Part shown: one piece after another, positions 36,257 to 44,957 of the stretch | How positions within the stretch are numbered: the first letter of the stretch is position 1 | Layout: every line of letters begins with the position of its first letter | NCBI GenBank assembly: GCA_029762535.1 | Contig: JARVGK010000008.1 | Location: 32,001-96,000 of the forward strand | Reading direction: 5' to 3' | Origin: Thermoplasmatota archaeon | GTDB lineage: Archaea; Thermoplasmatota; Penumbrarchaeia; Penumbrarchaeales; Penumbrarchaeaceae | DNA length: 64,000 bases | Translations under genes and position numbers: made by a program | The notes under the pieces: generated by a model | The model's input: only the letters and a program-made list of their open reading frames with translations | Databases searched by the model: none | What the model was told of the DNA's origin: nothing

Positions 36257-39121
36257 TCAGATGTTCTTCATTCCCTCATTTATGAACTTCATCTCCCGAA
36301 GCTTGGATGATGTGCGGTTATGGTAATACAGGGATCGGACCTCCTTGAATATTTGATTCGCCCTGGTAACGCTCTCGATCGCCCCCGCCATGTCAAGGGC
36401 CTGGAACCTTAGAAGACCGAACTCGAACAGAGACCTGGCCAGTTCGTATCTCACCTGTAATGATTCAGCTATCTCCACGGACCTCATCATGCTTTCCGTG
36501 GCCCTGTCGGGATCCCTTATCTTGGAGTAGAGCGACCCGGACACTCGGTGGTAGATCGCCTCGATCAATCCGTCATCGAACTTCCATTCTCCCCCCTCTG
36601 GGTTGAGAACGGCGGTCGCCTCCTTGACGTTCCCTATCTCGAGCATTAATTCCGCATAATTGACGCTTATCCTGTTCCTCAATTGTGGAAGGTTCATATC
36701 CCTGGCGAGGCTGAGCGACATTTCTGCGAAATTCTCAGCTTCGGCGTACTCGTCCAGCTTCACAAGGACCTTGGCCATGTTCATGTATGCGATCGGCATT
36801 GCCTCCTGGACATCGTTCTCCTCCGCCGTTCGTATCCCCAGTCTGAAATATACCAGGGCCTGGTTGAAGTCGCCCATTTCCAGGTATATGCTGCCCAGGT
36901 TCATTATGCCGTCCAGATGCTGGCGGCCTATCGATCGCATGGGGTTCTCTATATGTAGAAGATGACATTCGATGGCGCGTTTGTAATCACCTTTAAGGTA
37001 GTACATCCTCCCCAATCCCATGAAGCACATGGACCTCTCCAGGGAATCCTCTCCTTTTTGAGCGAGATGAAGCGCTTTCATGTAATGATCGATGGACAAG
37101 TCCCATTTGTAGAACTTGAGGGTGAGATCGCCCAATCTCCTGTTGCAGGTCACGATGTGGGCATCGAGGTCCATGGCCTCGCTGTAGTTCAAGGCCTCCT
37201 GATAGGTAATGATCGCCTCGGAGAGCATCTCCAGGGACTCCTCAATATCCCCTATACGCATCAACGCCCTCACTCGGAATTCGACCGTTATATCCTCACG
37301 GCCCTTCAGGTCCAGGGTCTTCAAGGCGGTGCTCATGTTCTCAAGGAGCTCCTCTCTGGACATGGCGACGTTAGGCCCCTCGGCTATCTTCATCAGATAT
37401 TCAAGGGCGCGCATCGGTTCCCCGCCTCGTATGTAATGATACGAAAGAACGCTGGCGAAGAGGGGAGAATCACGAGGGATTTGGTCCTCAAGGACCCTGG
37501 CGCAGGATAGGTGCATGGCATCCCTTTCCCTTTCTCCGATAAGGTCATATATCGATTCCCGAACCTTCGAATGTTCGAAATTGATATGATCATCGCCTTC
37601 TTTAAAGAAGCGCAATGAGATCAAACGGTCCATGATGTCAAGAAGAACGTCCAACTCGAGATCGAGGGCCCTGCCCAATATCTCTATCGATGCCTGTTTA
37701 TCCAGGATGGAAGCCATCTCCAGGACCCTGCGGTCCTCTGCCTCCAAAGACGCCAGTCTCCGTTCCACCAATGATATTGCCGAACGAGGGGTCACTTCCA
37801 TCATTGGCGGATGAGGGCCGGAGCTATCGGACCTGACCTTTAACAGTTCGGTCACGAATAACGGGTTCCCATCCGTCTGAAGCATTACCTCATCAAGGAA
37901 ATCCTCCCCGGGTCGCTCTCCTGTCAATTCGAGCAGCATGGAGAGGGTTGCTTTCCTGTCCATCCTCTTCAGGCAGAGCTCCTCGAAGAGATGCTCGCGT
38001 GTGAACCGCTTAAGGGCCTCAGCGAGATGGGAAGGATTGTTACCCTCCTCTTCAAGCAGGTTCTCGTCCCTGAACGTCCCGATCATAAGATGACCCTGAT
38101 CGACGATGTTCCTGGCCAGATACTGTAACAGGTTGAATGTGGCCTTGTCACCCCAGTGTAGGTCCTCGACGATGGTCAACTGGGGCGCCGTCTTACCCAT
38201 CTCCCGGAAAAGCTTTGAGAGCACTTCGATGATCGATATTGATGGTCTCTGATCCTTTTGCACACCCGCATCGTCGGATCTGGATCCCTCCTCGGCATCG
38301 AAGAAGTCGGAAAGGGTCCTCGACCCTTGACCTATACCGGATATGTTCGGGACTAGAACGAACGCCACTAGACCCCCGTTCTCCCGGCTTATCGAACTGC
38401 ATATCCCCATAAGGTCGCTTACTCTCTCTTCGCCGTTCGCGGATATCAATGTGTCCATGTCCCCGAGTATGATGGCCGAGTGATTGAAGGACCTTAGACA
38501 GTCCTGGATATACTTCGCTATCCTCTGAAGCCGGCGGGGGTCCAATCTATCCTTGGGACCGCTTCCCATCCCGACCACCTCGATCCCATCCTCATGTATC
38601 ATTCTGGACGCGAGCCTGGACTGATCACCGATGTAGATCACCCGATATCCTTTCCTGCGAAGGTATTTGATGGACCTGTAAAGCTCCGATACCTGGATTA
38701 TGTATCCTCCTACGGGCTCATCCTGCGGGTAGAAGAAGTCCATGAGAATGTCCTTCTCCTCCCCCAAAGCCGGGATCTCCCTGGAGAACTTATCATGTAT
38801 CCGGGCCATATTCTCAGGATGGCCCTGTTTCAGGTCCACGCCGAAGAGCTCGACGAGCATTTCCCTGAATGGCTGGTACGGGGCCCTCCTGTATTCCATG
38901 CAGCTTGCCCTCAGTATGTGAAAACCCTTTTTTCTGGCTATGGAACTGACCTCATTGACGAGCCTGCTCTTTCCGATGCCCGCCTCCCCCCTGATGAATA
39001 CCATCCCTCCTTTCTGTACCAGTGCCATGTCTATGGCCTTTAGAAGAACGGCCATCTCCCGATCCCTCGAGATGAGACCGGCGGACCCTTGGGTCTTGTC
39101 TAACGGGGCTCCCTGGGACAT
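36257..39121 (-). CDS. AAA_16/STAND-like ATPase with TPR C-terminus and a DUF835-like insertion
   Basis: Walker A GEAGIGKSRL, Walker B IVEDLHWGD, TDGNPLFV, FEHSKVRE, TPR repeats; an extra segment of about 140 aa lies between the Walker motifs. Confidence 0.82.
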   Translation of the reverse strand: MSQGAPLDKTQGSAGLISRDREMAVLLKAIDMALVQKGGMVFIRGEAGIGKSRLVNEVSSIARKKGFHILRASCMEYRRAPYQPFREMLVELFGVDLKQGHPENMARIHDKFSREIPALGEEKDILMDFFYPQDEPVGGYIIQVSELYRSIKYLRRKGYRVIYIGDQSRLASRMIHEDGIEVVGMGSGPKDRLDPRRLQRIAKYIQDCLRSFNHSAIILGDMDTLISANGEERVSDLMGICSSISRENGGLVAFVLVPNISGIGQGSRTLSDFFDAEEGSRSDDAGVQKDQRPSISIIEVLSKLFREMGKTAPQLTIVEDLHWGDKATFNLLQYLARNIVDQGHLMIGTFRDENLLEEEGNNPSHLAEALKRFTREHLFEELCLKRMDRKATLSMLLELTGERPGEDFLDEVMLQTDGNPLFVTELLKVRSDSSGPHPPMMEVTPRSAISLVERRLASLEAEDRRVLEMASILDKQASIEILGRALDLELDVLLDIMDRLISLRFFKEGDDHINFEHSKVRESIYDLIGERERDAMHLSCARVLEDQIPRDSPLFASVLSYHYIRGGEPMRALEYLMKIAEGPNVAMSREELLENMSTALKTLDLKGREDITVEFRVRALMRIGDIEESLEMLSEAIITYQEALNYSEAMDLDAHIVTCNRRLGDLTLKFYKWDLSIDHYMKALHLAQKGEDSLERSMCFMGLGRMYYLKGDYKRAIECHLLHIENPMRSIGRQHLDGIMNLGSIYLEMGDFNQALVYFRLGIRTAEENDVQEAMPIAYMNMAKVLVKLDEYAEAENFAEMSLSLARDMNLPQLRNRISVNYAELMLEIGNVKEATAVLNPEGGEWKFDDGLIEAIYHRVSGSLYSKIRDPDRATESMMRSVEIAESLQVRYELARSLFEFGLLRFQALDMAGAIESVTRANQIFKEVRSLYYHNRTSSKLREMKFINEGMKNI

Positions 39122-39251
39122 CTATCGTTCTTCATGATGGCGATGGATAAAAAGATATCCCAGTCAATTTGATCGTTTGAGGTCGGGCGTGTTCGAACAC
39201 TTCAACCTTTAAATACGAGAACCCTTTAAACCCTGAAAGCTTGGAAAAAAA

Positions 39252-39367
39252 CCCGGCTTGGCTCAGTCTGGCTAGAGCGGGGGACTGTAGTTGGATACCG
39301 AGATCATCGATCCCGGCACCCCGCCGATATCCCTAGATCCCCGGTTCAAATCCGGGAGCCGGGACCA
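39252..39367 (+). tRNA. tRNA-Tyr(GTA) with a 38-nt intron at 37/38 (39291-39328) and encoded CCA
   Basis: Acceptor CCCGGCT/AGCCGGG, D arm GCTC..GAGC, anticodon stem GGGGA/TCCCT around CTGTAG, T loop GGTTCAAATCC, C1-G72 typical of archaeal Tyr. Confidence 0.93.
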
Positions 39368-39483
39368 TTTTAACTATAAGCAATGTCAATTTAACAACGA
39401 TAAAAGCTCACGAACAAATAAAAAAAGAGTACAATGGCTGGGAAAATCTATGATTTTTCGACAGTCCGGGAGCCGGGACCATT
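39351..39483 (+). repeat. 19-bp direct repeat of the tRNA-Tyr 3' end (39351-39369 and 39465-39483)
   Basis: TCCGGGAGCCGGGACCATT occurs twice, separated by a 95-bp AT-rich spacer. Confidence 0.9.
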
Positions 39484-39515
39484 CAAATTAGTGTGGAACC
39501 ACATATGACCTTGTC

Positions 39516-40325
39516 TCAGGACCTGGTCAATGTGATGTTCCCAGCAGGCATGTTGAACGTCTTGTAATATATCTCGAACGACGATCCTTCAAGCACAGGT
39601 TGGATGTCCTTGATGAGGACCACATCTCCCGCTGATACATCCTGATAACGCGGATTCGAATCCACATATCTTATGGTCGCGTTCGGCGGGGCGGCCATGA
39701 GGGGGAAAACCCCACCCTCGAGTATAACATCCCCGTCTGGCGATCTTAAAACATATGAGAAATTCAGTATGTTCTCCTGAGAGGAGACGCTCTCGATCGT
39801 AACAGTGTAGTAAGGATCGCCAGGAAGGGGAGGAGGAATTATCGTGTAGCTGCAGGACATGTTGATATCAACGGGATCCTCCGAGGATCCAACATATATG
39901 GTCACGAGAAGTGTGTCCTTATCATACTTTTTCCCATCCGACACGTTGAGTGTGACTCGATATGTCATTGTCATCTCCGTCAATGGATATGTGTGCTCGA
40001 CGACCACACCGATGTGGTCCGCGTCGTTGTCGTATATGCCGTCCCCGTTCGAGTCAACGGAATCGTCCACGTCCCATGAATAGCTAAGACTATCCCCGTC
40101 AGGATCGTTCGAGAGCGAGCCATCCAATACCACGGTCTCACCAGGGGAGATCACCCTGTCAAGCCCGGCACGGGCCGTCGGCCCTCTGTTCATATCATCG
40201 TCTTGAGCATCATCGTTATTGATCTCGGTTCCCTTTCGCAGGAAGAACCATGCTCCTGATGCTATCGCTATGATGACCAGAATAACAACGATGACCACGA
40301 TCGGGTTTATCCGAGTCTGTACCAT
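39516..40325 (-). CDS. Membrane-anchored PKD-domain protein
   Basis: N-terminal TM, NRGPTARAG, LDGSLSNDPDGDSLSYSWD, DSNGDG Ca-loop, YRVTLNVSDG. Confidence 0.8.
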   Translation of the reverse strand: MVQTRINPIVVIVVILVIIAIASGAWFFLRKGTEINNDDAQDDDMNRGPTARAGLDRVISPGETVVLDGSLSNDPDGDSLSYSWDVDDSVDSNGDGIYDNDADHIGVVVEHTYPLTEMTMTYRVTLNVSDGKKYDKDTLLVTIYVGSSEDPVDINMSCSYTIIPPPLPGDPYYTVTIESVSSQENILNFSYVLRSPDGDVILEGGVFPLMAAPPNATIRYVDSNPRYQDVSAGDVVLIKDIQPVLEGSSFEIYYKTFNMPAGNITLTRS

Positions 40326-40416
40326 GATCGGTAAGGAGGTAAGGACGTACATAAATGTTCTTTTATTTCGAAGGTAAAAATTTGTATTATGAAAAATAAA
40401 CCGATGATCAAAACTT

Positions 40417-40436
40417 GCCCGCCCTGCAGGGCGGGC
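40417..40436 (-). terminator. Perfect 20-bp GC palindrome followed by T-rich tracts; likely terminator of the small basic protein gene
   Basis: GCCCGCCCTG|CAGGGCGGGC, 19 bp past the stop at 40456, then TTTT and TTTATTTTT on the minus strand. Confidence 0.6.
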
Positions 40437-40455
40437 CCGGCAAAGAATTAACGGA

Positions 40456-40683
40456 TCACTTCTTCTTCATTATCTTCATCCAGCCGTTGGATTCGTATAT
40501 AGCGAGTCCCTTCTGCTTCAGAGCATGGTCGAAATCCGACCAGTCGATGACCTGAAGCCTCTTGTTGTTACCCTTCGTGAACTGGACACCGGTCGTTCCG
40601 GTGACCTTTCCGGGTTTCAGTCCCTTGGTCCTTGCGATGTTCTTCGCCTTTTCCACATCAATCATGGTCATAGCCATTTTCAT
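40456..40683 (-). CDS. Small basic hypothetical protein
   Basis: 75 aa, 14 Lys; GAGGG SD, TATA-like box at about 40731-40740 and a downstream hairpin; no competing long ORF. Confidence 0.75.
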   Translation of the reverse strand: MKMAMTMIDVEKAKNIARTKGLKPGKVTGTTGVQFTKGNNKRLQVIDWSDFDHALKQKGLAIYESNGWMKIMKKK

Positions 40684-41073
40684 CCCTCGATGCAGGTCCC
40701 CATCGACCCACTCTCTAACATAATGCCACCACTATATAAATAATTTATTGCCTGGCTCTTCATTTTTACCGCGAAAGGAGGTTTTTTATGGAATATTTTA
40801 GAGTCGGAATATCGATGGGAAGTGGAGAGTAACATCACCTACACGAACACATATGGATAGTAGACAACCTTCCCAATATTCCCAGTCTCGTTCGCCTATT
40901 CCATGCTGATGTATCCAATAACATTTTACCATAATTATAATTAATCAATCAAAGAAATGTGATGCCAATAGCTTCGTATCAAAAAAATTAGTAAATTGCA
41001 TGGTCCAACCTGTTACTCTTGAGCGATAACTCTTAGGTAAGTTATTTGAAATGAATCGGCGATACCAGGCAAG

Positions 41074-42309
41074 GTGAACGACATGAAAGCATTGATATTA
41101 GCGGCCGGTCAGGGTACCAGAATGGGGCCCCTGACCGAGAACAGGCCCAAACCCATGCTCCCGGTCGCAGGGAAGTGCTTCCTGGAGCACACCCTTGTCG
41201 CTTTGAGGGATTCGGGAGTTCGTGAGGTATACATCTTGACAGGTTATCACGGTGCAACTATAAAGGACCATTTCGGGAACGGAACATCCCTTTCCCTAGA
41301 TATCGAATATCTTGTGCAGCCAAAGAGACTTGGAACGGCCCATGCCGTGAGCATGGCCAAGGATGTGATGAACGAGCCTTTCTTGTGCATAAACGCCGAC
41401 GTGATAGTTTCGGAGGGGCTCGTCAAAGGTCTGATGGGCTCGTACGAGGACGGGGGATTCGACGCGATGACCCTTGTCAAAGTGGACGACTGCTCGCGTT
41501 TCGGTCTTGTCGAGTCCAAAGGGGGCTTCGTTGAACGGATAATCGAGAAACCCGGCAACAAGATGGAAGGTCTGATCAACGGTGGGATCTACCTTTTCAA
41601 CGAACATATATTCGATGCGATCGAGAGAACACCGCTATCTTCGAGAGGTGAGTATGAGCTCACCCGCTCCATCGAGATCCTGATGTGTTCCAACAAGGTC
41701 AGGGCGTTCATCCCGGAGGTAGAGTGGGTGGACATCGGATCGCCCTGGGACCTGCTGGATGCGAACGGGATCTATATGGCGATGATGGAACCCAGTGTAT
41801 CCGGCATCGTCGAGGAAAATGTCCATATACGGGGCAGGCTCCATCTCGGGAAGGATGCTCTGGTCAGATCCGGCACCTATATCGAGGGAGACGTGTTCAT
41901 CGATGAGGGAGCGATCATAGGGCCGAACTCCTACATAAGAGGTAGCACCTATATCGGAAAAAGATGCAAGGTCGGTGCCGGTTCCGAGGTGAAGAACTCG
42001 ATAATAATGGAGGGCACTAGCGTCCCGCATCATAACTACGTCGGTGATTCTGTGATCGGGTCAGGGTGTAATCTCGGTTCAGGGACGAAGATAGCCAACC
42101 TCAGGTTCGATCACGCCAGCGTTAAGGTCATACTCAACGATTCACGCATCGACACGGGCAGAAAGAAGCTTGGGGCGATAATCGGTGACGGTGTCAACAC
42201 CGGTATCAACTCCTCTTTGGGGCCCGGTACGGTCATATGTGGAGGGGCGAGCATAGGACCAGGAAAATATGTTAAGGGGACCATAGGCAGGAATGCGCTC
42301 GTTTTGTGA
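41074..42309 (+). CDS. glmU: Bifunctional sugar-1-phosphate nucleotidyltransferase/acetyltransferase (archaeal GlmU-like)
   Basis: LAAGQGTRMGPLT..PKPM, LGTAHA, EKP, RGEYELT, hexapeptide left-handed beta-helix, HHNYVGDS. Confidence 0.85.
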   Translation: MNDMKALILAAGQGTRMGPLTENRPKPMLPVAGKCFLEHTLVALRDSGVREVYILTGYHGATIKDHFGNGTSLSLDIEYLVQPKRLGTAHAVSMAKDVMNEPFLCINADVIVSEGLVKGLMGSYEDGGFDAMTLVKVDDCSRFGLVESKGGFVERIIEKPGNKMEGLINGGIYLFNEHIFDAIERTPLSSRGEYELTRSIEILMCSNKVRAFIPEVEWVDIGSPWDLLDANGIYMAMMEPSVSGIVEENVHIRGRLHLGKDALVRSGTYIEGDVFIDEGAIIGPNSYIRGSTYIGKRCKVGAGSEVKNSIIMEGTSVPHHNYVGDSVIGSGCNLGSGTKIANLRFDHASVKVILNDSRIDTGRKKLGAIIGDGVNTGINSSLGPGTVICGGASIGPGKYVKGTIGRNALVL

Positions 42310-43178
42310 CGGGTGATCGAATGAGAGCAATACTCGCCTGCACGGGGGACCCCGCATCATTGAACATACGCGATTGCCTTCTTTCTCTGGGTTCCTGGGA
42401 TAGGGCTGGAAAAATCTGGAATAATGATTCATACATAAGTGGAGAGGACCTGCTGTGCCTCAAAGATGGGTCCCATCTGGATTTTGACCTCGTCGACAGC
42501 GAACTACTTGAGCAGTTAATGAGGGCCCTCGAACCGGAAAAATTCGAGGGCCGTAAACTCGGGATTGACAACTTGGTATTCCTGAGCAAACACAGGTCGG
42601 AGAAGGGGGTTGATTCTCTTACCGTCCATGCGCCTGGAAACTATTCAGAGGCCAGATACGGAGGCAGGCCCCATACCCTGCCTCCAAGCTCCCCTAGGGA
42701 GATGAGCGCTGCTTTGAGGTGCTTGCGATCATCTGTCCTGAACGCGGGATTGGACGAAAATGTGAGCTTCGAGGTCACACATCATGGCCCCTATCTTTCG
42801 ACGCCCTCTTTCTTCATTGAGATCGGGTCCGTCGAGGATAGATGGGTATCAAGAGAGCTTGGAGAGGTGATCGCTAGTTCGTTGCTTCAAAATGGAGATC
42901 GAGGTTGGGAATTGCCCATAGCGATAGGCATAGGCGGAGGCCATTACTCCCCCAGGTTCTCGGAGGCCGCCCTGCGGTCGATCGCGAATATGGGCCATAT
43001 GATACCGGACCATCATATGACCGGATCGACCAGTGACAGGGAGTTAGCAGGAATGGCCGTTTTATCCACGCCCGGATGCGAAGCGTACATCCTGCATGAG
43101 ACCTCCAGGAACAGGGATGTCCTAAAGGGGATCGAACCCTATTTGAGGGAGTTGGGCCTTTCAAAGATAACATGCTGA
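42306..43178 (+). CDS. dtdA: D-aminoacyl-tRNA deacylase (archaeal DTD2)
   Basis: DPASLNI, FLSKHRS, LTVHAPGN, FEVTHHGP, FIEIGS, GGGHY. Confidence 0.92.
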   Translation: MTGDRMRAILACTGDPASLNIRDCLLSLGSWDRAGKIWNNDSYISGEDLLCLKDGSHLDFDLVDSELLEQLMRALEPEKFEGRKLGIDNLVFLSKHRSEKGVDSLTVHAPGNYSEARYGGRPHTLPPSSPREMSAALRCLRSSVLNAGLDENVSFEVTHHGPYLSTPSFFIEIGSVEDRWVSRELGEVIASSLLQNGDRGWELPIAIGIGGGHYSPRFSEAALRSIANMGHMIPDHHMTGSTSDRELAGMAVLSTPGCEAYILHETSRNRDVLKGIEPYLRELGLSKITC

Positions 43179-43180
43179 GA

Positions 43181-44839
43181 TCAGGATGACCTGATCATGA
43201 ACGGGCCCTTTAGCGCATGACCAAGCTTCCTGTAATAGTCCCTCACTCCGATCCCGGAGTTGACGGCGAGCCTATCGCACCCCCACTCATTGGTAGCGAT
43301 CTCCCAGGCCTCTTCCAGAAGACGTATGCCAAATCCTCTATGCTGCCAAAGGTCCTCTGACCTGCTACCTATCGGAACCATCGGTCCGAAGACCTTCAAC
43401 TCGCGCACGAGTGCGGTCTCCCCGGCAAGCTCCGGCCTGTGAGGGGATCCGGGTCTTCTCAGCCTGAGAAAGGCTATAAGAGCTTCCCTTCCCGTTGTTT
43501 CGATCGAAAGGAACACCTCCTTCCCTCCCGAAGCCTCGTACTCCGTTCTTGAGACCTCATCGGAGTGCTTGATATGGGCCTCGTCCAATTTATCGAACAT
43601 GTGTCCTATCTCGCGGCACCTTATACATCGGCATTTCGCATGCCTTTCGACGAGCCTGCTAGAGGCGATCTGTCTGAGATTGCTCTTCTTCACGCCAGCT
43701 TCGACAAGGGGTCCGGGAATATCCCGCTGGACCCTTTGGATTCGGACCCACTCCGGTACGCTCTCCTTTATTCGGGATACCACCTCAGATGCCTCCTCCG
43801 TTGTGTAAGGTTCGTAATCCCCCCGCTTCCACATATCGTACAGTTCGGTCCCCTTGATTACCAGAGTCGGATATATCTTCAGCATATCGGGGCGGAAGAG
43901 TTCGTTCTCGAACAAGGCCCTACCCGTTGCAACATCCATCCGTGGGGTCGAACCTGGCATCCCTGGCATGATATGATAGCACACCTTCATTGCGGAATCC
44001 TTCAGCCTTCTTGTAGCATCCACGCTGTCCTTTACCGTATGGCCTCTCCTCGAGGCTCTGAGAGCGGCATCGTGGGCGCTCTGGAATCCCAGTTCCACCC
44101 TGGTACCACCGAGTTCGAGCAGCAGGTCAATGTCCTTCTCATGGCAGCGGTCCGGCCTGGTCTCGAAGGTTATCCCAACACATCTGCTAGGAGCTGACTC
44201 GTTCATTCTTTGAGCTTCTTCTACATTCGTGGATATGTGACCGTTCATTGCGTCCAGGCATCCCTTGACGAACGATCGCTGATAGTCCGGGTCCCTGCTG
44301 GTGAAGGTCCCTCCCATTACTATGAGCTCGACCTTGTCCGTGGAGTGGCCTATATAGGACAGTTGCTCCAGCCTGTTCATCGTCTGAAGCAGGGGGTCGT
44401 AATCGTTCTGAGCGCCCCTCATCGCGGCTGGTTCCCTCCCTGTGTATGATTGTGGACTGGGAGATCCTCCATCCGGGCCTCCGGGGCAGAATATACATTT
44501 TCCATGCGGGCAACCCTCAGGAGAGGTCATGGCAGCCACAACCGCGACCCCCGAGATCGTCCTGGATGGCTTCTTTAAAAGCAGGGACAGCGAGGACCGC
44601 CTCTGTTCCGGGAATTCCATCGATATCAGGTCGAGCAACATGGAGTTCCTGGGGATCTCCTTTAAGGCGTTCACCTTCACAACCTCAAGCTTTCTCCTCT
44701 GCAGTGCGTCCTGGTCCATTATCTCTCCTGATATTATCTCCTTGACGAGGTCCCGGACCGCCCTGAAAAGCACAGGATCGGACCTCCACATGTCCCTTTT
44801 CATCCCGTGATGCTCCTCTTTAAGTTGGGGTTCGCCCAT
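43181..44839 (-). CDS. elp3: Elp3 radical SAM / GNAT tRNA uridine(34) acetyltransferase
   Basis: RTISGVAVVA, CPHGKCIFCPGG, MGGTF, ETRPD, KIYPTLV, VRELKVFG, QHRGFG; start could be a few codons later. Confidence 0.95.
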   Translation of the reverse strand: MGEPQLKEEHHGMKRDMWRSDPVLFRAVRDLVKEIISGEIMDQDALQRRKLEVVKVNALKEIPRNSMLLDLISMEFPEQRRSSLSLLLKKPSRTISGVAVVAAMTSPEGCPHGKCIFCPGGPDGGSPSPQSYTGREPAAMRGAQNDYDPLLQTMNRLEQLSYIGHSTDKVELIVMGGTFTSRDPDYQRSFVKGCLDAMNGHISTNVEEAQRMNESAPSRCVGITFETRPDRCHEKDIDLLLELGGTRVELGFQSAHDAALRASRRGHTVKDSVDATRRLKDSAMKVCYHIMPGMPGSTPRMDVATGRALFENELFRPDMLKIYPTLVIKGTELYDMWKRGDYEPYTTEEASEVVSRIKESVPEWVRIQRVQRDIPGPLVEAGVKKSNLRQIASSRLVERHAKCRCIRCREIGHMFDKLDEAHIKHSDEVSRTEYEASGGKEVFLSIETTGREALIAFLRLRRPGSPHRPELAGETALVRELKVFGPMVPIGSRSEDLWQHRGFGIRLLEEAWEIATNEWGCDRLAVNSGIGVRDYYRKLGHALKGPFMIRSS

Positions 44840-44957
44840 TATGATCGAACGGGCTTATGAACGCTATGCTATTATTGATTTCCCGAAAGGGCTGCCCGTT
44901 AATCTTACCCGGCAAAACGTATTTGTCCTAATAGGACTTCACCCCCTCGGTGATAAC

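Noticed and set aside
36257-39121. STAND-TPR protein as an Avs-type antiviral system
   Set aside because: No nuclease, TIR, SIR2 or protease effector domain and no defence-island context are visible; a signalling role is more parsimonious.
39351-39483. Possible mini-CRISPR array
   Set aside because: Only two copies, identical to the tRNA 3' end, a 95-bp spacer and no cas genes.
39291-39491. 66-aa ORF starting in the tRNA intron
   Set aside because: It overlaps tRNA-Tyr; its repeated SGSRDH peptide merely reflects the 19-bp DNA repeat.
40741-41073. AT-rich gap as a replication origin
   Set aside because: No ORB-like repeats with G-strings recognised and no cdc6/orc1 gene in the window.
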